DNA of 63,798 nucleotides, counting the filler, from Polymyxa betae A26-41 (lineage: Eukaryota; Protista; Endomyxa: Phytomyxea), in assembly GCA_003693705.1 (NCBI GenBank). It is 9 parts of 9 records of this genome, joined end to end, with 100 filler letters (N's around TTAATTAATTAA, not from the genome) between each part and the next. Parts side by side here need not be neighbours in the genome. Positions count along the whole stretch, not along the records: positions 25,353 to 39,355 come from RBZT01000161.1; positions 39,456 to 44,799 come from RBZT01000360.1; positions 44,900 to 48,469 come from RBZT01000179.1; 6 more parts are not named here. One strand, 5' to 3'. Of this stretch, positions 34,935 through 46,772 are shown one piece after another. Both the position numbers and the translations under genes were made by a program. Below the pieces are notes generated by a model, which saw nothing but the letters and a program-made list of their open reading frames with translations, did no database searches and was not told the DNA's origin. The first letter of the stretch is position 1, and each line of letters opens with the position of its first letter.

Positions 34935-36540
34935 GCGCTTGCTGGATCCTGGGGCCAGTACGTCCGCACCGAGAATATTCGGTCTTCGGTCACGGCGGTA
35001 TGGCTCGAGTTGCTTCGGGCGATGCCCTTTGCGATCAGAGCAGAGTCGACGAATCCGTTCATGAACCCGCACATGATGTTCATCTCTTTGGACTGCGGGC
35101 GTACCGGTCCCTTGGTCGGCAACGTTTTCGCTTCCATAAACGGGAGCCTAATCGAGCTGGTCTTTTTTATAGTAGATTTTTGGGCGTGTCGCTTGAGGGA
35201 TGAATTACGACGTTTCAACCGATTCGGACAAGATGAGGCAGTATGACCGGACTTGCCGCTGTGAAACAAGCGTTGGTAGCTGACCGGAATTCCTTCTCCC
35301 GAGCAGCACGCGAACAATCGTCGCGCTGGATCCTGATGTAAGAACCTCCTCTGCCGTTATCAACACCGTACTTCTGCAAATATTCTCTCACGGGTCGGAC
35401 CTGTTATATAGACAGTTCAGGATGTCCATGCACTCCCATTTCCTTGAACGTGCTGGCCTAATCGGGCTTCGTCATTGTCGGATTTGCCGACATCGAACTT
35501 GTCGTCTTGCAATCGCAGAGCGTTACGGCCGAGGAATGAAATCAGGTGCCGCCCTTCGCTGGCCTTGAACATCACAGAGTGCTGAAATAAGTAAACAACA
35601 AGATATTTCTCGACTAGAAAACGAGCGAAACATTTCATGAAGTTTTGTTTCTGCGAAAGTCAGCAGTCTGGGCATTTCTGCTTGTATTGAGGTCGTTGAT
35701 CAGATCAAGCTGGTGATCCAATACAAGCTGTGTTTCCTCAGTGCTACCTGCCTTGCGCGAGGGTCACCGCACCGCCCGTTGACAAAATCAACAAACTAGA
35801 AAATCCAATCCAATCCAATCCAATACAAGCTGCTTGAGCGATTGGTGAGCTGGGCTCCAGTTTCTCAGGTATTTAAAAAAGTAACTATAAGGTTTTATGT
35901 TGATTTAAAGTCCCCCAAGATAAAATATTTTAGAAAGTTTCAAATTAGTCATCTTCTGTCGCACTCTGAACTTTAATTCTGTCGTTTTTGAAGGATGAAT
36001 AATGGTAGGCAGAAATCAGACGCAAATTGTATAGTAGTTCGCATCAGCGTGAATCGAGCTCGCCTCAGCCCATCTGTTTCATGTTAGAGGATGTTGATGC
36101 CGTGGTATTGTTCTCAAATCGTTTCCCGTTAATGTGCTCAGTATCTGTACCAGCACTGACATCAGAACGACGATTAACGCTCTGTTGGTGTTTTGATGTC
36201 GAAGATATTAATAAGTGGACATACTGGAAGCACGATCTCCATAAATACAGTCTGATCACATCTCTTTTCTTGGTAGGGTTTCCTTACTTGAATTTGTATA
36301 TTGTATAATACAATTGCTGGGTGAAATGATTGGAGATAACATGGACCGAACAAGAGAATGATTTTATATCACAAACCGGAAAAAGCATCGCTTGTATGAT
36401 AGAATCGAACATCATTGATATGGGACTTTTGAGCAGCTGCGCAATACTCAATCCCCGAATCCACCAGGAACTGCTGCGCTAAACCTCCGCAAGTACGAAT
36501 GAAAGTGAGGCCAAAGATAGGCACCAAACGCTATACAGCC
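34935..36540. repeat. Right arm of the inverted duplication, with ~0.93 kb of extra internal sequence
   Basis: Reverse-complement similarity to 30881-31620 in two blocks. Confidence 0.75.
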
Positions 36541-37343
36541 TGATTATCATTATTCAACGAAATATTTTTTTTTTCAAAATATGACGCTAAAGCATCGGAA
36601 AGAACACCAGCGCCCATCTTGATTCGGTTTTTCGAAGGCGTTTCTTTACGTGTTTCAACGCAAAGCGAGTACCAACTTGATAAGCGAAACACCACCCGAT
36701 ATTTCTCGGGTTTGTTGAATGATAGCAATACGTTGCACTTCCTTTAAAGAATCCTTTAACTGCAAATACGGACGGAATTGTCGTAACAGCTGCAGAGGTC
36801 AAAGAGCTCAAACCGCGTGTCAAAATTGCAGATCCACGTCTGAAAAGTGAAAGATCTCGTTGACCCTGTAAACGGCAACCGACGACAATCACAAAATCTC
36901 GAATTATTGTAAGCTTCAATAAAAACGGACTTAACTGAGTTATGCTTGAGTTGCTCTCTGCTGGCATCGCTACAACTCGCTTCTTATTGCTGATACTCCC
37001 ATAATGGATCTCTTCTCTGCTCAATAGTTCATTTCGATTAATGAGACATATTTCTATCTGTTTTGCTGTTTGATTTAATCCAAAAATTCAACCAGAAAAA
37101 TGTGCGCGCCGAATTGAGTTTCGCCATTAACGCGCATGTTTTGCAACGGCGCAGCCCAACGTTCAGCCCCTAAAAACTCCCATAAATACAACCCCCCCAA
37201 ATGTCTCTAAAGAAACCCCCAATTTAAGCCCCTAAAAAACCCCCTAAAAAAGCCCAAAAAAAATCCCCATTCACGGAATTTTTTCTGCGAACGGCTATGC
37301 TATGCTTTTAGCTAGACTCCGTTCAGACTCTATTTGCCTGGAA

Positions 37344-38937
37344 ATGTTTGGCCGAACGATTCCCTTCCTGATACTGAGCCTAGCTGAGTGCTTCGCTGCA
37401 TTCAGTCTCGAGCCGTGTAATGTTACAGATTCTCGGGAAGAGACTTCTGATAAAGTCTATCCTTTCGATCTTAATGTCTGTGTCTATTCTCCCGACCACA
37501 TTGACACACAAGTAAGATCGCTGTGTCATAATGAAGTCGCATCTTCTTTACCTGATATTGAACTGGTATCAACATCAACATCTGTATTACACCATACAGA
37601 TATTATTCCAGCTTTATCTCCTATTCAAGAAACTATCAATGTAATGTTTCCTTATCATGTCTCATGTCTTAAAAATCTCTGAGATTTTCATAATCAGAAT
37701 AATGAACCAGCTGAAAATATCTCCCGGAAACGTCCTCGTATTGAGGAGACATCATCGTCAACCGACATTCTGTATTCCATTAATTATGATGTGACTGATA
37801 TCAATGACTATAACAGTCTCTGCAAATTTCTGGTGAAGTTTGATGAGTTTTTTTCCCTCTGTATATTGACTGTAGCTTAGATCAAAGAGCCCAATGACGA
37901 AGAATTTCTTTCCCTGTCTTCAAAGTCCGATGGTGATGCAGTTCAATGCTCCAAGAAACCCTCTCAATATGTTATCAATGTGAAAGGACATGATCTGGAT
38001 ATGAGCGAAATGGATCGAATTCGTCATGCTCCGAGCACATTACAGAAACTGATTCTGATTGCGAATCTGTATCGGAAATTGATCTGGGCCTCCCGGATCT
38101 ATGAATGGTCTTTGAGCAAGGCTGATGGGAAAGTACGGTATTTCCTGTATCAGGTGTGTCATCCTGTACTACGATGTGTCATGCAATGCTGTCGGAAAGA
38201 TCTTCGGACATTTCAAACGCTTTGGGGGAATCCCTCCAATCTTCGGAAACTCCTGAAAAAATGCTCCGGAGATAAATGCCGATCTAAACTGTCCGCTGCT
38301 GATCAGTTGATGGATCTGTTCCGAGATAGTTCTATGGACCGTCCTGATCTTGAAAATGACGACAATCCGTCCGCAAAACGAGTGAAATTTAGTCCACCAT
38401 CAAAGAAATTCCTTCTGCCAATGTTTATTGGTGTGCCTCAATTGCTGAACTTGTTTGATTTCGGTGTCGAAAAGATCACAGACTACACTACTCTGTGTGC
38501 TTTTCTGGTGAGATTTATTCATAATGGGAAATCTCACTCTGAATCTTTCCATTCAGAGAAAGCCGCCTGATGATGACGAGTACGCATTCCTTACTGATAC
38601 GAACATATCGTATCCACCAAAGCGAACAAAACGCGCTGCAAAAGGTCCGATTATCATCAAAGTTTTCGATGATCAGCTCTTATTGACCGAAACGTTGGAA
38701 ATCGCGACCTCGGAGTCCACGTTACAGAAGCTGATATTGGTGGCCAGTTTATGTCTAAAATTAATTCGGGCTAAGATTACCGACCCGAAATTGAACATGA
38801 CGCGTGGTGGCTGTGGTAATTGGCTACATCGAGTTTGTTATTGTGTACTTTCATGTGTTCGAATATGCTGTCAGAACGATCTTCGGATTTTTCAATCTCG
38901 ATGGGGAAATCCGTTTCCGCATAGTCATTTTTGTTGA
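37344..38937 (+). CDS. Family X copy 3: secreted, NLS-bearing, two Cys-rich repeats; truncated by a Copia insertion
   Basis: MFGRTIPFLILSLAECFA signal peptide; introns 37641-37697, 37833-37880 and 38508-38556 (all GT-AG, phase 0) give one open frame; RKRPR, AKRVK, KRTKR; the stop comes from the LTR's TGTTGA. Confidence 0.85.
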
Positions 38938-39355
38938 TGCTGGCGGTATGCGTACGCCCTCCCAGTGACTTGGCCTGCCGGCGGTCGCGTGCGGACCGAG
39001 CACGTGACCGGCCCTGGAGTACGAGACGATCTTATGATCACTAAACACTTTGATTCTGACCTCTAATCGTGAGCGTCTGCGTTTTGAGTAGCTAGATGGC
39101 GAATACTAGATCTCATACACGAGACTCTGAGAACGGTTCGGGGGATAGTCCAAGTCCGGACTCCGTGACTGAGAACATGATGCAGCAACGCCGAATCGAA
39201 GCTTCCTTAAACCAAACATCTTCTCAGGTTATGGGCCCAGACGTTCTGAAAGCGTACACGGGCGAGAAGTTGAATGGCAAGAATTGGTCTGCGTTCGAAT
39301 TCGGCTTCACTGCACATTTGATGGGAAGTGGACTCGAAGACGCTCTGCAGCGTGA
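38932..39355 (+). mobile_element. Ty1/Copia 5' end: LTR 38932-39226, PBS 39227-39240, gag starting at 39096
   Basis: TG...CA LTR; GGTTATGGGCCCAG PBS; gag EKLNGKNWSAFEF. Confidence 0.9.
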
Positions 39356-39455
39356 NNNNNNNNNNNNNNNNNNNNNNNNNNNNNNNNNNNNNNNNNNNNT
39401 TAATTAATTAANNNNNNNNNNNNNNNNNNNNNNNNNNNNNNNNNNNNNNNNNNNN

Positions 39456-40277
39456 TTCCTGAGTCAAAGGCCGCGTATCGATTCCTATTCGGCATCTTCG
39501 GATATTGCCGCACCCATCATTCAATCTATTGACCAGTTCCCGCTGCCGACTGAAACTCCTCATCTGTCCAATGATTTTATCGAGTCTGTCCGAAGTCGAT
39601 TTCCTCCCCCTTTTAATCGCATCTTCCCGAATGGAAATATATTGGCGAAGTACCTGATGGAGGGCGGGTACCACAACGACCTTAAAAACCCGGCTACATT
39701 GCTGTCCTTCCTACGTTTTGGAATTCGTTGCGAATGGACTCCGTCCGTATGCTCTGACAGCAGTTCCTGGGTCACTGCGGATTACATTCGAACAATCGTT
39801 CCGCTTTTTGCCTTTGAAAACCCTTCCGATGTTGTCGCTGCTCTGATAACGTACATCCGTAATCGGATGACAAAAACTGTTCGTGCTCTTCTTCAGATTC
39901 CGTCTGTAATACATGCCATCCGGGCGCACCCGTCCCTGTTAGTTTCTGCCATCATGGAATTTCTTCGTTATGATGGTCTCTGGTCATCCTTCTCCATACG
40001 ATTACTTCGATTGGCTGCCGAACTGCCCTTCTTCTCTCAGATTGTGAATATCCACGATAACAACGGCGATACTCTGTTAAGCGTTTGTTTCGAGCTGTTG
40101 AAAGTTTATTCTCCTGCAGGTCACCAATGGTATCAGTTCCATTTTGATATTTTACAAGCTCATATCCCCAATTTCATGAAAACAAATGTCACAGTTGGAG
40201 ACCAAATTTGGGTGAGTAGGGCGAGCCACAGCAGCGATCACATTAAATTCAAAAACCAGACAATAAAATCCAGCTGA
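39456..40277 (+). CDS. Family Z protein (5' truncated), with an ankyrin-like motif
   Basis: Frame is open from the contig start; NPATLLSFLRFGIR is shared with 62250-63221; VNIHDNNGDTLL is ankyrin-like. Confidence 0.65.
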   Translation, partial: FLSQRPRIDSYSASSDIAAPIIQSIDQFPLPTETPHLSNDFIESVRSRFPPPFNRIFPNGNILAKYLMEGGYHNDLKNPATLLSFLRFGIRCEWTPSVCSDSSSWVTADYIRTIVPLFAFENPSDVVAALITYIRNRMTKTVRALLQIPSVIHAIRAHPSLLVSAIMEFLRYDGLWSSFSIRLLRLAAELPFFSQIVNIHDNNGDTLLSVCFELLKVYSPAGHQWYQFHFDILQAHIPNFMKTNVTVGDQIWVSRASHSSDHIKFKNQTIKSS

Positions 40278-40299
40278 TCATTCATTGAATTGGTGTCTA

Positions 40300-41090
40300 T
40301 ACCAGCTTGGTTGTAGATGAGCTCATATATCAAGGATTAGGTTTCTGTAAGGGAATCGAAGCCTGAAGAGTTATAACAGATAAACTGAGCTCACAAATCT
40401 TATTGAAATAAATACGGACCGTGTATCAGATATCGCCTAAGATTGTAGTTTGTGGGAATCAGTTTTTCTCGCGCTACTGCTCTGGAACTCATGTGAATTT
40501 ACATTTTCGCAAGTTGTTCTAGTATATTGGATTTCACAAAATATTTGTGAGTGTATACGAGCGCTAGATCTCAAAGTCCAAAAGGGGTCCATCCATCTGC
40601 TGCACATCCTTGTTCGTTCCATTTTCTACCATGGTGTAAAAGTTTAATATTCCTCCTATGAAAGCATGGCAGGGTTGGCGAAAGATGTTTTCCAGGGATT
40701 CTATATTTTCGCAGACGTTTGATGAATGACACCTTTTGATGTCTTGTGCTAATTTCTCTGTGCCAATCAAGAATGTGGATTTATTTTGTTAGTAACCAGC
40801 TGTGCTCCCAGATATCGAATGGAATCTGTGGTTTTTATGATCATGTTTTCAATTTGTCAGCTGTCCTTATTGTATAAATTGTATGTAATAGGTGTTTTAT
40901 CTGCATTAATTTTGATCATATTTTTTTCGCACCCACTAATCATTTTTCTTAGCTGCGTTTTTAGCTTTTTTCCAACTTCGACCCATATTATATCCTATTG
41001 CCAGCCTACAGTATCGTCTACATAAGTGTTCGCCATTTGGTTGTAGAGGGATATCATAGACAAACAGAATCGGCATCATGAATGTAATCA
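40300..41090 (-). mobile_element. LINE reverse-transcriptase C-terminal remnant
   Basis: YVDDTV at ~41010-41025, MIKINADKT, DSIRYLGAQL; stops present. Confidence 0.75.
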
Positions 41091-41104
41091 GCAGACAGCT
41101 TACA

Positions 41105-41790
41105 CTAGCTCAGATTGTTTTCTTGAGATTTATTTTCTCTTTCATGAGCCTGAATTCTTGACAATATAGTCGGACATCTAATAGCGGCATGACCGATCTG
41201 GCAACAGTTAACACATTGAATATTCCTCTCCTGCATTTCTAACAATTCTCTCGACAAAGGAACCGGATCGCTAAATGTTGAATTTGAATCCTTGATACGA
41301 ATTGCCTTTGATCGTTTACAGTTAGGTGGAGAATTAGATCCAGATATAGACAGTAAAGCATGAAATTGAGAGGCTTTATCTTGTAGCAGGAGAATGAAAT
41401 CTTTCGGCTGATGGACGAGTTTACAGTCTTTTATGATCGCATTCTCAATGACGATTTCCAATTCCGGCGGCTCGATCGCATCCCGAAGATATTTAACTTT
41501 TAACCTTCTGCCATCTTCATCGTCTTCATATACAGATCGATAACCGCCACGAACAAACAATTTTTTAAAAGAAAGGTTCTCAGCCATCCATCCAATTGTT
41601 CATCGGTGACAGTATCAACATCAACATCGAGTCCATATTTGCAGATAGTTTTCAGCAATGAAATCTCAACCATGGAGATCAGGGGCCGAGGGGCCACCCC
41701 ATTCAGCCCAGCCTCACGAAACACACGAGGTATCGCCTGCGATCTTCGCGGAACTCCACGATCTCCTTGGTCCCCGGAACCCTCAGCATG
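41105..41790 (-). mobile_element. Gypsy gag remnant with zinc knuckle
   Basis: PRPLISMVEISLLKTICKY..VTDEQL; LKVKYLRDAIEPPEL; CVNCCQIGHAAIRC. Confidence 0.7.
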
Positions 41791-42094
41791 GGCGCCGTGC
41801 TTATTCGGCGACCGGGCCTGGAGCGCAGCGGTTCACGAGATCAGGTCCATCAAATACAAACATTATCCACAGATTCCGGAAGATTGCGAGACATCACTAC
41901 GGCGCCATATGAAGCGATTTCTCAAAGCCATCCGTAATTCCCATGGATTTGTCTATGTCAAGGGTTCGAAAATTTCAGATTCCATCATCAGATTTTGTAA
42001 GCGAAGGCTCAAGGGATTCATTGGTGATGACACTATCACTGTTGAGTGGTTGAGATAGCTAATCCAGGAAACAGTGTTTGCAAAAACAGGTGAT

Positions 42095-44510
42095 TGAAGA
42101 AGTTAGTTAGATTTATTTAGATATTTCAGGTAAAGTAAATATCGCGCGCTTATAAAGTAAAAATCTTGTAAATGACTAAATGAGAAAGTGTAGAGTACAG
42201 TAGTACTTGGTGCACAGGGTCACGCACTTATTCTGGAAGCGCAGGTTTGTCAACACTCCCCCTCGCTAACAGAATTGTTAGTCGTGTCTGTCGTTGTCGG
42301 GCCAGATGTGATGGCAGCTCGGTGGCGCTGGAACGCCGGGTCTGGCAAAGGCTTCGTCAGTATGTCCGCTGTCATGGCTGCTGTTGGGCAGTATTGGATG
42401 GTGATGCGGCCTTGGTCGACGTGCTCACGGATGAAATGGTGGCGTATGTCGATGTGCTTGGTTCTCGACTTGTTTGTTGAATTCTTTTGTAGGAAGATTG
42501 CTCCTTGATTGTCCTGGTTAAGGATCGTGTGTTTGTTCATGTTGATGCTTTGCTCGAATAGTAAGTCCTGAAGCCAAATTGCTTCTTTCGCTGCATCTGA
42601 GCCTGCTTTATATTCAGCCTCGGTTGTTGAAAGTGATACTGTATCTTGCTTCTTGCTTCTCCAAGAAATTGTATTCTCGCCGAGCTTAAAAATCCAACCT
42701 GTTGTTGATTTACGATCTGATGAATCATTAGCGAAGTCGCTATCGCTCCATCCTTCTATTTTGAAGTTGCTCTTCTTGTACATTAGTCCAAGTTCAGCTG
42801 TCGTGTTAAGGTACTGTCGGCTTAGGTTATTATCCGCGAATGCTAAGTCAGGACGTGTTGCATTTGTAAGATACATTAGACATCCAATCGCTTGCCTGAC
42901 GGGGAAGTCATGTTCAATTTTCAAGTTCTCATTTGGCTCGTATCGCTTTGATGGGGTTTGTTGTAGGCTTGCAGTTTAGCTGGCCGAACTGCTTCGCGAC
43001 CTGTCTGGCGTACTTTCGCTGACTGAGTAAGATGCCGTTGTCTGTATAAATTGCCTCAATTCCTAAGAACTCTTTCAGTTCTCCCATATTCTTCATACGG
43101 AACGATTTGCCGAGTGTTGTGGATATTTGTTCAATCTCATCTCGATCATCTCCCGTTATGAGTATATCGTCGACATATGTTCCGATCATGGTCAGTTTCT
43201 TGTCTTTTTCTTTAAACCATATGCACGGTGTCTTCACGGACTGTTTAAAGTTTTGCATCTTGATCACATCAAATAAGCTCTGTTGCCAGGCTCGTCCTGC
43301 CTGTTTCAAGCCGTAAATGGCTTTGTTAAGCATGCAGACTTTACGAAGCCTTCAGGCTGCTGGATGAAGATCGGGGTTAGAAGTGGTGCATTCAGGTATG
43401 CAGTTTTGAAGTCTTTTTGGTATATCTTCCATCCCTTGTTAACTGCAATGCAGACGAGAAGTCGAAGTGATGTATGCGCCAGTACAGAAGTGTACGTTTC
43501 GTGATAATCGATTCCAAATCGCTGTGAGTATCCTTTCGCTACGAATCGAGCTTTATATCGTACGGCGCTATCAGTCTTCTTTTTCGTAAATATCCAGCGA
43601 CTCTGTATAGTCTTTGAGCCTCTGGGTAAGACGACTAGAGTCCATGTTTCGTTGTCTTTGTGAGATTGAAGTTCTTCTAGTGCTGCAGCTTTCCATCGGT
43701 CAGAGTCAGACATTTTCATCGCTTCTTTGTAAGACCTTGGATACTGCTCGTTCGTGTGATGAATTTCAGTTAGGGTTAATCTCAAATCCATGATCATCAA
43801 TCATCGACATTGGGTCTAGATCGTCGTCCATTTGCTGGCTTGTAGATGGCAGCTCGAGTATGCTGAATTCGTCGAATTGTACGTCACGTCGGACGAAGAT
43901 GTTTGTGCTTGTGAGCGGCTGTAAGATGTAGCCTTTTTGGTAGGGGGCATATCCTAAGAACTTGCACTTGATTGACGTTGGTTGAAGGGAATTCCGTAAT
44001 GAAGCCTCGATATTGGCGTAAGCAGTGCATCCGAAAGGCCTTAACTGCTTTACTTCAGGCTTGGTGCCCATCCACAAGTCGTAGGGCGTCTTCCAGCCTA
44101 TCCGTCTGGTCGGTAGTCGATTCAGTGTGTAAGTAGAGTATTGAACTGCGAATGGCCAGAAGTTATACGGTAACTTACCTTCTATCAGGGCGCATCTGGC
44201 CATGTTCATGACCGTCTGATTCCGCCTCTCAGCCTGGCCGTTCTGTTGTGGGCAGTGTGGCACTGTTCTTTGATGCTTGATGTTTTTCTGAAGTAAGTAG
44301 ACACTCATTTGGCTGTTGACGTACTCTGTTCCATTATCTGTTAGGAACGTGGTCATTCTAAGCTTTGTTTCCGATTGGGCGTCTGTAATGAACATTTTAG
44401 TGGCGTTCAGGACCTCAGCGCTCTTGTGCTTGAGGAACTTGATCCACGTCCATGTCGAGTATAAGCAGTTGGAGGTCACGAAGTATCGGAAGCCTTCTTT
44501 ACTGGTAACT
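42095..44510 (-). mobile_element. Ty1/Copia 3' part: integrase, RT, RNase H, PPT and 3' LTR (~42095-42255); frameshifted
   Basis: TDNGTEY, PQQNGQAERRN, YKARFVAKGYSQ, KAIYGLKQAGR, TYVDDIL, WSDSDFA, RTKHIDIRHHF, ADILTKPL; PPT GAGGGGGAG then TGTTG. Confidence 0.96.
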
Positions 44511-44584
44511 ACCCACCAATTAGAGTTTTCAGTGGATTGGAAGGGATTTTCTCAGGACGAGAACAGTTATACTTGAGATCTCGA

Positions 44585-44799
44585 TGTTAAGATTGCAATG
44601 ATGAATGCAGAATGAATATATTAGATGGATACAAGCCCTTATATATCACTGAGATCGGAGGTTAGCTCGGAACTCGGAGAGATTCCGATTAACGGAGTTT
44701 AGTCAGGTCCGATCGGAGGTTAGTCAATTATTGCGTATATATTGACACACGAGTGTCTGATGAAACCCTTGGATAGCATCTCATTGATATAGTCCCTTA
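44585..44799. repeat. LTR-like repeat family B
   Basis: Matches 11979-12018 and the reverse complement of ~48320-48400 (AAGCCCT...GGAGGTTAGCTCGGA). Confidence 0.65.
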
Positions 44800-46605
44800 N
44801 NNNNNNNNNNNNNNNNNNNNNNNNNNNNNNNNNNNNNNNNNNNTTAATTAATTAANNNNNNNNNNNNNNNNNNNNNNNNNNNNNNNNNNNNNNNNNNNNC
44901 GAGACTGACCATTAAGCGACGATGACGACCTCATTGATGGGTTTTTGTCGGGAAGGTCAATCCTCGGCGCTGATGGATTTGACAGAGACCGACTTCACCA
45001 GAAGAAGTGGCTTCAGTATGGCGTTCAGATCAAGGACAACCTTCTAACTAGGTTTTCGCGATCTATTTCGCCCTGTTTCTATCCGCTTCGCAGATCTCTC
45101 GGAAAGACAGTACGACCGATCCGTGGTGATGTTCACTGAAGTTGAGAAATAAGCGATCGATTGCAAATACAAGGATAGGGCATCCAGAACGTCTGAAGAG
45201 ATTCAAGCAAGTGAATAGAGCTGGTAAAAGCATCCCAATTTCAGATGAAATGTCTTCTGGTGGATCTCAAAATATAATAATGATTAACAGATGGTCGTCT
45301 GAGAGAAAGATATATCTGGAGACTGTGGTATAAAAGGCAGTTCGGCGCTTCAATGAGAGAGAAGGCCATCTAATTCCAAGATGAATAAGAAGGCATCATG
45401 ATGGAGCCATACTTGTGATCGGACGTGCCGAATTCGGCACAATGCAGAAATGGCATACTAAAGACGACTGCAGCAAAACCCTCCCGTTTGATTAAACCTT
45501 TCAAATGTTCGACACAATACCGAAAATTGGGGAACAGAATAGCGATTTTGCTGATGAGTTTCAAAGAGGAAACGCCGACCTTATGGATACAGTAAAGAGA
45601 AGGGACCAAAGGATGGGAAGAGCTAAAACCCTAACTGTGCCAATGACATGATATCCAGCAGGGTGATCGACAGCTTCTGAGCTATCTACAACAATGGCAA
45701 TCTGAGCTAACATAGGTCAGTAGTAAACCCTAGCCTACGCTATTGATCATGCCGGGAGCTTCAGGCGGTACAACCTGAGCCAGAGTCCCGAAAAACGAAT
45801 TGCTGGAAGGGTTTCCGGATAACCTCACACGTAATGAAGCGATTGATTTCTGTCAAGAGCAGTAGAAATGATATCTATAAAGATGCTTTAAGAATGTTTT
45901 AAGATAAAATAAAGAATATTTTGGTAATAGAAAATTACAGAATTTTTTTCTGAAATTGGTCATAAACCCTAACCCTAAGCAGACCGCTTCCCAGATGAAG
46001 CGCTGATTGCTGCCAAAGTGTTAATTAAGCACTTCTTGCCCCTAAAACCATTCAAATAATCATCAGGCAGCCTGACTCCGATTCCTACAAAAAATTTTGC
46101 CCAATGGCATTGTAAGAAAACCCATAAATAGCCATAATCCAGTTATTTAAATCATTTCTGCAAGAATGAAATCTAAGAAAGGAAACATCGAGCGCAAGCA
46201 AGTCGCGATAAATGCATGCCATTGTCGGAATCAGAAGAAAATTGCTCTGAATTGGTCCCGTTTAAGATCGAAATCACTCGGCGAATTTGCTATGAGCTCA
46301 AATAAACCTTAGTCTTGTCTACTGATTGTCATGACAAATCTCAATCTAAGAGATTGCCGTTGCGAGTTTTGGTGAGCAGCCAAAAATTCGAAGAGAAATT
46401 TCAAAGTCGCAAGAAGGTCGGGTTAATAATCCAATGTGCTTGATGAGCCTCCGAATCGCCCTGATGCCTCTCCAACAATTTTCAAACTTTCGTTCGAGCG
46501 GCTTGCTCTAGAGCTCTGTATTAGGCTAATACAAACTCTCCGCCGATGGCTTGCAAAATGTCTTCAACGGATTGTATGGGATTTTGCTGGTCGCTTTCCA
46601 CCTTG

Positions 46606-46772
46606 TAAAACAGCTATAGATCATCTTCTCAAATTTTACTCAAAAGGGCTTTTCAGTGAATCTTAAAACAGCTATAGATCATCTCAAATTTTGCTCAAAA
46701 GGTCATTTCAGTGAATCTTAAAACAGCTATAGATCATCTCAAATTTTGCTCAAAGTGGCATTTCAGTGAATC
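46606..46772. repeat. Tandem repeat, three units of about 55-58 bp
   Basis: TAAAACAGCTATAGATCATCTCAAATTTT.CTCAAA.GG..TTTCAGTGAATCT three times. Confidence 0.93.

Noticed and set aside
45551-45580. CTGATGA...GAAA hammerhead-like core (also at 6371)
   Set aside because: Stem II and the flanking helices do not pair properly; the 6371 case lies in Gypsy coding sequence.
45960-45980. Telomere-like AAACCCT units (also near 110, 51290 and 51917)
   Set aside because: Only 1-2 units each, too short to call interstitial telomeres.
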